Source: a virus | Taxonomy: Duplodnaviria > Caudoviricetes | DNA: 64,000 nucleotides | Direction: 5' to 3' (one strand) | Virus record (IMG/VR): IMGVR_UViG_3300028549_000963 | Coordinates: 1,749-65,748 of that record | Shown: positions 45,260 to 55,700 of the stretch, in pieces | Position numbering within the stretch: the stretch's first letter is position 1 | Layout: each line of letters starts with the position of its first letter | Notes under the pieces: model-generated | What the model was told of the DNA's origin: nothing | Seen by the model: the letters and a program-made list of their open reading frames with translations, nothing else | The model's database searches: none | Position numbers and translations under genes: made by a program

Positions 45260-46188
45260 CGGACAAAGAACAACAGTTTGTCACTGCGTGCAGGGCTACG
45301 TCGCTCAGCGACGAGAACCGTGCGCAATGGGAACAGTACTGTCATCTAACCTCCGCGGCGGCGAAGACCGCATACGCGGAAAGTGTGATCGACGAATGGA
45401 ACCGTATCCTCGCGGGATCCCCGAGCGGCAAGCCCCCGCCGGATGGGCGGTCTAAGGACTGGTATAAGGAGATCCCACGGGGTCAGTCGAACCCTATCCA
45501 TGCCGCGATGCAGAAGATATGTGATGACGACCTCAAGGCTCAGGAAAAGGATCCGACAGGACGTTCCGCTAAAGATGGCGGAGCTAAACTGGACGCAGGT
45601 AAACCGAGACTTGGATTGGTGCTCGGCGGGTTCGCCAACGCCCTTATCGAAGTCGGAAAGGTCGGCACTCTCGGCGCGGCTAAGTATTCGGACAACGGAT
45701 GGATGACTGTTCCGAACGCCAAGGAACGGTACACCGACGCGGAGCTCCGACACTGTCTGAAACGTCTCGCCGGAGAGATCTACGATCCCGAATGGGGGCT
45801 TCTGCATCTGGCGCATAACGCCTGGAACTCGCTGGCGTTACTCGAACTGGAACTCAGAAGGATCAAGACGGAGAAAGGGGAAACCATACCCGAAGGCACG
45901 ACCTTCGAGAAGGGTTTTGCGATGGTACCGAACGAGGGTCTCAAGTTTGTGATTAAAGGGGGTCTCCCTAAGTGCGAAGCCCTCTCAGGCTTCACGCCGA
46001 TCGACCCGACGGTTCCGGACAAATTTAAGACTAATCAACCAGAGAAGAAGGGAGGTGAAAAAGAAATGGTCAAGAAAGCTAAATGCGCCGCTAAAGGCGG
46101 AGCAGTCAAGCCCGCAGCCAAGCCCGCAGCCAAGGCGGCGATGCCTATGATGCCGGCTAAGAAGATGGCGAAACCCGCTAAGAAGTAG
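45256..46188 (+). CDS. dATP/dGTP diphosphohydrolase-domain (DUF5664-like) protein with K/A/P-rich C-terminal tail
   Basis: GAKLDAGKPRLGL, AL.EV.KV.T.GAAKY..NGW, RY.DA..RH, DPE.GL.HLAH.AWN.L.L. Confidence 0.85.
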   Translation: MTDKEQQFVTACRATSLSDENRAQWEQYCHLTSAAAKTAYAESVIDEWNRILAGSPSGKPPPDGRSKDWYKEIPRGQSNPIHAAMQKICDDDLKAQEKDPTGRSAKDGGAKLDAGKPRLGLVLGGFANALIEVGKVGTLGAAKYSDNGWMTVPNAKERYTDAELRHCLKRLAGEIYDPEWGLLHLAHNAWNSLALLELELRRIKTEKGETIPEGTTFEKGFAMVPNEGLKFVIKGGLPKCEALSGFTPIDPTVPDKFKTNQPEKKGGEKEMVKKAKCAAKGGAVKPAAKPAAKAAMPMMPAKKMAKPAKK

Positions 46189-46200
46189 GTGGAGATAGAA

Positions 46201-46237
46201 GCATCCGGGGGTAAAACCCGGGTGCTTTTATTTTTTC
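46201..46237. terminator. Terminator at the convergence of the + and - transcription units
   Basis: GCATCCGGG/CCCGGGTGC hairpin followed by TTTTATTTTTT; lies between the stops at 46188 (+) and 46228 (-). Confidence 0.65.
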
Positions 46238-46749
46238 TTCGCTGGAGCCGGCTTGGGGGGAGTTATACCCTTGACATCTTTCTTCCCGGATCCGGACCCG
46301 AGGCTCCAGGAGGCGTCCCTGTCTATTTCCGGTTTTTCCGTCTCTTCCGGCCCCTCGGCTTCTTCCATGCCCGGCTCGACCGGTCCGCGGGACCCGCCCG
46401 CCTCGACGCTCTCCTTCATCTTCTGCAGCACCGCTGTGTCCTGGTGCTTAGGGCCGAGCATCTCTATGGCGAGATCGAGCAGACGCGCCGTCTCAGCCTC
46501 CTGTTCCGGGGTTGCCGAGACTGACGTATCACGCGTCGCCACACGGGCGACGATCGTGCGCTTGAACGCCGTGTCGTCCTCCGCGTAGGCCGTGTTCGAG
46601 AAGAACTCGCGCTGCTCGGGGGTGGGCTCGAAGTTCGGTGTGAACTTCATGTCCTCCATCAGGAGGCGCAGTCCTTCATTCCAGGCGACGGCCATCGCGT
46701 CGCGCTTGTCGTTAAAGACTTCGGGGTTGATTACGATTTCCTTAGGCAT
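46228..46749 (-). CDS. Hypothetical virion-associated protein, in frame with the giant ORF
   Basis: AAAGGA RBS overlapping the giant-ORF end; I.INP...A.NE..RL.M....P.F..TPEQ motif. Confidence 0.75.
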   Translation of the reverse strand: MPKEIVINPEVFNDKRDAMAVAWNEGLRLLMEDMKFTPNFEPTPEQREFFSNTAYAEDDTAFKRTIVARVATRDTSVSATPEQEAETARLLDLAIEMLGPKHQDTAVLQKMKESVEAGGSRGPVEPGMEEAEGPEETEKPEIDRDASWSLGSGSGKKDVKGITPPKPAPAKKK

Positions 46750-46752
46750 GGC

Positions 46753-49700
46753 TTATTCCTTTCCCGTTCTGAAGAACCCTGCGGCGGAGGGGTTGTCCTG
46801 GAAGAACTTAACGTCCTTCTCCGTGATCTCGTTCGGCGGCACCACCTTGTAGCCTAGCACGGTCTGAGGCAGTTCGTCCGACGCGAGGAACGCGGAGACG
46901 TCACCGCCCAGATCAGCCGACTGCGACTTCCGAGTATCATACACGCCACGGCCGTACGGGTCAAGGAAGCTCTCACGGATCGCCTGGTTGGAGATCAGTT
47001 TAAGATCGCCCGTACGGTCAATGTGACGGTTCTTATCCCGCGACTTGATTGACTTCATCAGATCACGGTGAATGTAATTCAGCCGGAGGAGACCGCGGGA
47101 CGCGCGTTCCAGGCGTGCCACATCAGCCTTCTCGTTCGGGAATTGCGGGAGGGACTCCTGGATCTCTTCGTAGAGAGGGGCGCGGGCCTCGGCCATCGCG
47201 GCCTTCAGCTCGACCTTGGGATCATAACCGTTGATCCGCAGGGCGTCCAGGTGGTCGATGACCATGGACCGCATATCCGTCCAGGCGCCCTTGTGAGTCT
47301 TCGCGAGGGCGGCGTAGCTGTCCGCGTCGGCCCAGTCCGTGAAGATCTTCTTCATGTCCTTGACCGCGGTCGTCTTCGATGTACCCTTACGGATGATGCC
47401 GACGGCGGAGAGGGCACCCGCTTCCGGGGCCCTGCTGATACCGGCGACGGAGAACGGAAGGAACGCGCCGGCGAGGTTGGCCGTAGCCGACTTGCTCATA
47501 TCCGTCGTGAACCACCGCTCCCAGAAGCCGAGCTCGCTGAACGGCATATCCCACCCCATCGAGGGGTTCTTGCCGGAGAGGCCTTCGAGTGTGCGCTGCA
47601 CAGGCATCGACATCTTCGACGTGAACGACTGATAGGGATTGATGAACCAGTTCGCGACTTCCCAGCCCTGCTTACCGAAATGCATGTAGTACCGGCGCTT
47701 ACCGGTGGTCTTCATGTCGCCCTCGTCGCCCGTGAGCCCGGGGATCAGATCGCCGAACGGGATCCCGAGAACCGTACGCGGGAGCATCTTCTTCAGCCCG
47801 CCGATGAACGGGGAATTACCCATGCGCCGCAGGAGCGGAGTGATGTCCGCGTCATGCGCACGCCCGGGTTCATTCTTCCACATCGCCACCTTATCGTCAT
47901 CGTCGTCGCCGGATCCGCTTCCAATACCGTACGCAGCCAGCTGCATGAGAGCAGGTACGCCCCACATGACGTGGAAGTACATGCGCGCCCAGCGTCCGAA
48001 CAGGTAGGCGCGGGTCTTTTGCCCCGTGCTCATGCCGAACAGTCTGCGTGTCAGTACACCGCCGCCACCGGCGAGCCATGCGCCGAACGTCCATTCCCAG
48101 GAGAACCACATGACCTTCATGACGTTGAGGAACCGAGGAGTCATATAGGCGAAGTTCGTGAAATCAATACCGCCGATTTCGGGGTTGCCGATTTCACGGG
48201 CCCATTCGCGCATATCACGGACGGGATCGAACCAGCGACCGGCCTTCCGTGCGGCTTCCGCCGCGCGGTTCGTAGCCAGGGCCAGTGCGGCCATCTTCGT
48301 CGCGTTAATGAAATACTCGAACGCCAGGGTGGACGGAGCGTCGAGCAATCCGTTCATGACGGCCTTCGCGTGCTGCGCGGCCCTGTTACCATAGGTGTTA
48401 CGGACCATCGCCACTGCGGAGTCTATATCCCGCAGGAGGACGGACTTGTCATGGTCGGTGATGTTGCTCACGCGGGTGAGGATCTTCGCGTTCACCAGGT
48501 TGGCGTGGGTGATAGCCTTGATCAGAGCCGGGTCGTCCGAGCCGATCGTGTCGAGGAAGTCCATGAACTTCGGCGCGTCGAGACCCATGTCCTTCATGCG
48601 ATCGGAGAACCAGCCCTTGCCCTTCGCCATCTTTTCGACGGCGCGGCGCCCCGTTTCCGGCAGGAAGCCGGAGAGCGTGGCGGTCATGCCGGAGGCGGCG
48701 ACCTGGGACTCGAACACCGTGGCGATCGGGAAGAACCAGGAGAACATGACGCTCATGGACTTCGACCAGGTGAGGACGCGGTTCAGCTTCCCGTCGATCG
48801 CCGTCCTGTGCATAAATCCGCCGACCGCGAATAGCTGTTCCATCATACCGGAGGCTTCACCGCCCGTCAGCTTGTTGAGGATCGCGTATGTCGGATCGTC
48901 CGCCGGATCCTGGGCCGCCATCACTTCCGACACGCTTACGACTTCCGGCGGGAGCGTCACTTTCGTGAACCCCGTGGTCCGGACATCGCGGAGCATGTCA
49001 TAAAGTTTCTTGGCGTTCTCGCGCCCGCTCTTGGACTCGTCATAAACGAACATCGTGTCGCCCGGCCGGCCGTAGGAACGGATCCAATACCGCGCGGCGG
49101 CTTGCCACACGACATCCTGGATCGTATCGTCATTGGCCTCGCCGGGACGCATGATGATAAGGGGCTTTCCGTCCGGACCCTTCGTCAGCAGGGATGCGTT
49201 CAGCGCGGCCCTGTATTTGATAGCGCGACCCATGTCACGCCCGAACCGTCCGAGCGCCTCATAGGAGGTCAGGTTGGCGGGGAGTGCGCCCGTCATGTTA
49301 TAGATGTCATGGAAGGAAGGCCCGATAGAACCGAAGTCTACGTTCTCCTCGGCGGCCGCGCGTTCCATCGCATTCATGAAGCCTTCATAGCCGGCGTCCT
49401 TGAGGTCGACCTTCTTCACGAGGCCTCCGCGCCATGCCGTCTCATGCAGCTTACGCACGGACAGACGGTAGATCTCCGCCGCCAGATCCTTCAGCAGGGC
49501 GTTGGGTGTACCGAAGCCGGGGGCGACGTTCCGGAAGGACGGGTCGCTCGTGATCAGACGCGCGACAGTCTCTGCGGATTCGTTACCCTCGAACCGGGTG
49601 CCCGTGTTGAGATCACGGTACAGCTGGAGCATACGGGCGTAGTTCTGATTATCCGCCACGGATGCTACGGTCTTCCACCCCGAGAGGGATGTCTTGCTGA

Positions 49701-52700
49701 CCGAGGCCTTGACGGATTTCTCGAGGGAGTCATACGCCTTCTCGACTTCATCCCGGTACTCGGGTGTCGGGGGTACGTCACGTTTCCTGGCGTCCGCCTG
49801 GTAGAAAGCGCCGCCTCGGAACAGAGGAGCCATCGGGCCGTTGTCGAGCATCATCTTTCCTTCCGCGTCGGCGAGCCAGCCGATGGATGCGTAGGAAGTC
49901 TTGGCCTTCAGGTACTCGCTGCGAAGTTCCGTCGCCAGCTTCTCCATATCAAAGTCAGTCGACTCACGACCTGCGGCGATCAGCTTCTCCAGTGCGGACG
50001 AAAGTTTACCCGCGCGACCCTTGAACTCGGCATCAACTTCGTTCACGGGGATCGCGAAGCGGGCGTCGTACAGGGAGACGCGGCGTGTGCGCGAACCGTC
50101 GATCGACAGTTCCTTACGCTCACGGGCGTACAGCCAGCCGCGCTTATTCAACCGGTGCAGGAATACCTGCTCGGGGTCGTTCTCGTTATCCCATGCGTCC
50201 TCGAACCTGGTGGACGCGCGGGTCTCGCCGATCGCGCGCAGGATTGTCGCCAGAGCCTTGGTGCGCATGACCGCCGGTACGTTGTTGGCGATGTTCTCCA
50301 TGGCGATGTCGAGCTTGTACGTGCGCCCGGCTACGCCGGCCACGCGCTTTGCGGACATGTCCATAAAGGTCTCGACCAGTTCTATGTCAGTCATTGACGC
50401 CCACTTGACAGGGAGCACGTCATAGATCGTCTTCCACGGCAGGTCGGAGACTTCAAGAATGTTTCCGAGGGGCACGTTGGCCCTATCCTTCGCGCTTCCC
50501 GCCCGCATATAAACGGCCTTCGAGAAGAAGTCCACAAGGGCGTACTCCTCGCGGGAGAACTTATGTCCGAGTTCGTCACGGAAGAAACCGGAACGCAGAT
50601 ACTTGATGCGCGTCGCGAGGCTCTCATTGCTCTCCCAAGAGTACTTGCCGTCACGGATCGTGATGCCGGAGGCTTTCTCCTTGCGGGCGAACCGTATCAT
50701 CCCTTCGTCGCCGAGACCGAGCATCAGCCTCTGGTCCTCGGCCTTATGCAGGAACCGCGTAGCCGTGGCTTCCGTGGTGCCGTCCTGCAGGACGTCGCGC
50801 AGCTCGAGCCCGTCATAGTCCGGCAGCACGAAGCTGGCGATCCAGAAGTCCGTGCCGAGGATCTTGATGTCATAAGCGTCGATCTCATCGGCGTATCCGG
50901 TACGCTCGTTAAATTCCATGGCTTCGGAGAGCGAGGTCTCGCGGTCCGCGGCGATCGCCGTCCCGTCTTCGAGAGCGAGCAGCTCCTCGAATTGCGGGTT
51001 CTCGGATCCGCGCACGGCGTGTACGCCGGTGCGTCCGACAGCCAGCGCCGCGTGCAGATAGACGAGGGCGCGGACGCTCGCGTCATAACGCTGCCCCGCC
51101 CTGTCCTGACCGCGGAAGGATTCGAGCGCGAGGGCTTCGGTGATGAGGATCTTATGCAAGTTGCCCTGTACCGAACCGAGGGAGAGCATCAGAGCCTGGA
51201 ATTCACCCTGGATCTCCTGTGACTTATGCGCGGCTTTCAGACGGCCCGTGCGTTCATCCAGCAGAAGACCGCGGAGTTCGTTGAATGCGAAGCGGACGGT
51301 AAGCCCCGTCGGATTCGCGCTTCCGGGCGCGTCCATGAGTACCGCCGCCATGGCGTTCTTCTCAGCCAGGCGGATCATCTCATTGACCGTCGCGCCGAAC
51401 GTGACCCTCGCGTCGTGGGCGTTCTGCCCCACCAGTGCGTTGGCGATGTTCACAGCATGGCGGCTCTTCGCCGTCGTATAAGCCTTGCGGGCGTTCTGGT
51501 AGACTTCCTTGTCGAGCTTGTCCCTCATGTCCTCCAGATAAGTCTGTGACGCTGCGAGCCCGAGGAAGGCCTCACCTGTCTTGCGGTCCACTCCCGTCTC
51601 CCAATCCTGCAGGAGCTGGCGGGCCAGTTCGGAAGCCTCGAGGCTGTTGGCCCCGGCGACTACGATGCCCATGTCGGACTCTAACTTTTTCTTATCCGCG
51701 GTCTGGATCGACACGCCGGGCTTGACCTTTACGGCTTCCCCGACCTGTCTCGGCTGAACCACGGGCTCCGCGTTCTCGAGCCCTGTCTCCGCGGGGGCGT
51801 TCTCACGGGGAGTTTCCCCGTCGACATCGCCCGAGGGCTGCGCGGCACCTTCCGCCTGCGCTGACGGCACGGGGGCGACGGGCGTCCATCCCGGGACTCC
51901 GCTCTCGCGCGGTATCTCCCCGTAGGATCTCGCCAGCACGTTTAATTTCTTCGGGCGGAACTGGCTGAGTTCGTCTTCCTCGTCAATAAACGCGGAAGCG
52001 TCGATACCCTCTTCCATATCCTCGACCGGTGCCTGGGCTCCGACGGTGGTGGTCTCCGCGTTCGGGAGGGCTTCGCCGAAGATCGCGTCCACGATGGACT
52101 TCGTATGCGGCGTGGCCGTCGCGTCCACCAGGAAGGTGTCGGCGTTCTCCGCGCGGTAGAGTTCCTTCGTCTCGCGGGACAGGGGGATGATATAGGTTTC
52201 CGTGACGTCGAGGCCGCGCATCGCGAGGACGCGGCGGTAGGCCTCGATCTGCACACGGTGGCGTTCGCCCTTGGACTCGCCTTCGATAACACCGTCCACG
52301 CGATAAGTCTCGTTGTAGACGTTGGCGATGTGCGGGTTCGACTTCATCGTCTTCAGATCGTACAGCGCGTATGTGCCGTCGGCCTTGCGGACGAGAACGT
52401 CCACGGTACCGGCATCCTCGCCGGCCCATGCGATAAATTCGGTAGCCACGGCGCCCTTGGCCCGCAGGAAGTCCCGCAGGAACACTAGGTCCGCGCGGTC
52501 TGACGTCTCCAGCTTCCCGCTCAGAAGATCTTCGAGAATCTTATGCTCGACAGTCCCCTCCTCGGAGGTGGCGTTCCACTCAGCCATGACCTGCGCGACA
52601 GTCATGCTGCGCTTCTCGGCCTGCTGTTTAGCGCGGGTCTCGCGGTCGAAGAAGAACAGGCTGAAGTCGCCGATCTTCGTCGTGATGGAGTCGACTGTCC

Positions 52701-55700
52701 GGCCGTCCGGCAGATCGTAGACATGCTTTGTCTTATCCGACCCCTCGGCCTTGACTTCCCGCATGACCGCTCCGGGCATCGTCCGTGCGATGAAATCCTG
52801 CAGGCTTTCCTCGGGGGCGGGTTCCGCCAGCGCGTACTTGACCGCGGGGGTGTAGACGCTCGTCTCGAGGGCGCCGACCAGCATCTCGCCAGTTACGGCG
52901 CCGGTGATGTTACCGTCCGCGTCAGTGATGACGGCCTTGGGTCCGGCTGCGAGAGCCAGGTCCGCCGCGATCACATTGTCAGAGCGGTTCTGTCCGGCCA
53001 TCTGACCGTTCATGGCGGCCTCGAATAACGCCTTGTTTGCGGCGAACAGCCCGTCCTTCTTCATAAGGTCGCGACCGAACGCCGTGTCGAGCATGGCGCT
53101 ATATTCATTCAGTGCCTCCTGCGCGCGCTTCGTCTCTCCGGCGGCGGCGAGGATGTTGGCGTCAATCTGCACTGCGGACACAAGGGCCAGAGTCGCCCCC
53201 GGATCCCTGTAGCCGGTCTTGTCATAGAGGTAGGATACCCCGTTGGCCGTGCTTGCCGCGACGGGCAGGCCGCGCGCCGTGTAGTCCAATGACAACAGGC
53301 GCAGAGCGCGGGCCGCGGAGGCTGCGGAGAACTGGGCTGAGGCCTTCGTACGACCGTTCCAGGTGCCCTTCGCAAAGCCGAGGCCACCCTTGATGACGGC
53401 TGGTAACAGGTACGCATCCTTAGTCGCCTTGCCGGCTTCCGCCAGGGACAGGTACATGGAGGCGCGGGCCCGGTCAAGTTCGATCATGGGCTCCGAGGCC
53501 CCCTTCTCGCGGAGGATGACGGAAGTCTTCGGTTGCTCCGGGATCTTCTTTGTGCCGAGAACTTTCGGCGCCGCCACGGGTGTGATCGGTTCGTATCCGC
53601 GTGCCTTGATCTCGCCTTCTCCGAAGAAAGCCTGCAGCAGATCGGCTTCTCCCGCTCCTGTGTCGGGAGTACGGGCTTCGTACCCTGCGTGGAATACGCG
53701 GGGCTTCCCGCCTTCGTACAGGGACTGCAGCTCGGACACGGCGTTCGCCTCCAGGCGGAGGGTGTCCGCATCGGCTCCGAGTCCGTTGGCGACGGCATCG
53801 GCGACCTTGCGGCTGATCTCGAGCTGGACTTCCAGACCGAATGCGGGGAGCATCGACTGGCGTTCGCGCACGGAGGTGAGCGAGCGGGGCGCGGCGAGGG
53901 CCGAGTACTGCAACAGCAGGTAATAAATGTCGGATGCAGTGAACTGCTCCGTCACCTTATTGCCGTCCTTATCAAGGTACGTGAACGGGATCGTGCCTTC
54001 GGGGACTCCGTGAACCTTGGTCGCTCCGTCGCGGAGGGCCGTCAGACCTTCACGCATGCTTGTCGGAAGGCTGTCCCCGGATGAGGCGGAGGCCATGCCG
54101 ATCGTCGGCATCCGGTTACGGGTCGAAGGAGCGAGCACCGCCGAGATGAAATCATTCGACGGGATCTTGCCCGACCGGTACTGATCCGAGTATGCGCGGA
54201 AGAACCGGCTCCAGACCTGCTCGACTACGAGCGGGAACCGTACCGGCTTCTGTGACACGCCGCCGAACGCGACCAGTTCCTGTTCGCGCTCCGTGAGCAG
54301 GAGCTTGCCGGGGATGACGCGATCGATCTTCTCCTGCGTCTCTTTAGGTGTCATGTCCAGGGTCGCGCGGAACGGCAGGAACCGTTCGACGATGAGCTGG
54401 AGGGGTTCCTTATCAATAGTGACCGTGGCGCTGAGTGCGCCGTCCGCTCCGACCTTGACCGTGCTCTTCAGGATCTTGCCCTTCTTGGTCTGCGGAAGCA
54501 GGGTCTTCAACTCGCGGGCGAGCTTGGACTTCTCTATGGACCCGGAGTGCGCGCGGGAGGTCACTGCGAGCCACGCCTGTGACGCGTCAAGCAGAGCCAT
54601 CAGCCTCGGTTCGCGGACGGGTATGTTCAGACCGGCCAGCTTTTTCTTACCACCGACGATTGCCTCGCCCGCATTCCGGACGTCCTTCTCCAGACGCTCC
54701 ATCTTGTCGACGAACGCCCCGTCCATCTTGTTCCAGTCAAGAGCCCGTTTCATCTCCGCCACGGACTGCATGCCGCGGATAAGCTCGGCCACGCGGCGGA
54801 GCCCTTCGTATGTGGATGCGCTGACCCCGCGTTCGGACGCGAGAGCCACGATCTTCGAGGCCGAACCGGGGCGCATGAAAGACAGGATGCCGTCCTTGTA
54901 CGGATCGAGCGTGCCTTTCCTCTGCAGCTCCATCTCGTATTGCTTGATTGCCGCGCGTGCGGTCTTGTCCACGTTAGCCGTGTCCGTATGTCCGTCCGGG
55001 TCAAGGTCGAGTCTGTACATAGCCTCGATCGCCTTACCTTCATCCGACTTGAGCCAGGCCAGCCAGAGCGAATGGAACTCCTTGAAGCCAGCAAGGTCCT
55101 TCACCCCGCTGTTATACGCGAGGAAGGCGTATAGATCCATCGTGGCCGGCGTGATACCAGCGGTGATGGCCAGACCGTCCTTGAGGAAGTCGTACGTGCC
55201 ATTGGTGAGCACTGAAAGCATGAACTCCAGGAACCTCGCGGATTCCGCGTCCGGCTTGCCCTTACCACCGAATACGCGGGCCCACGCGGCCTTGCCTTCG
55301 GGCGAAAGTGCCGCGGGTGCCGTGAGAACCGGAGGCGCGAATGCACCTGTGGCAGGATCCGGGGAGAAAGCTGTGAGCTCGATGCCCGCGGGGATGACGT
55401 AGTCGAGGATGCCCGTACGGCAAGTGACTGCCAGTCCGCGTCCGCGCCCTGCAATTTCCGCGGCCATGGTGGCGAACTCCGCCGCCGCCTTAGAGTCCGT
55501 GAAGTCGGGCGCCGTGTGCCCGGGGAACTTTAACACCCCGTCGGTAAAGAGGGTGGACTCGACGCGGCCTGCGTTGGCCCAGCCGACGAAAGTCTCCAAC
55601 AGTCCGCCGATCCAGCCCGGCAGCTCGCCGACGTTGGCGCCCATGCGGGTCAGCTCGATAGCCATCGCGTTCGAGATCGCGCGGACGGCCTTGTCGTGCT

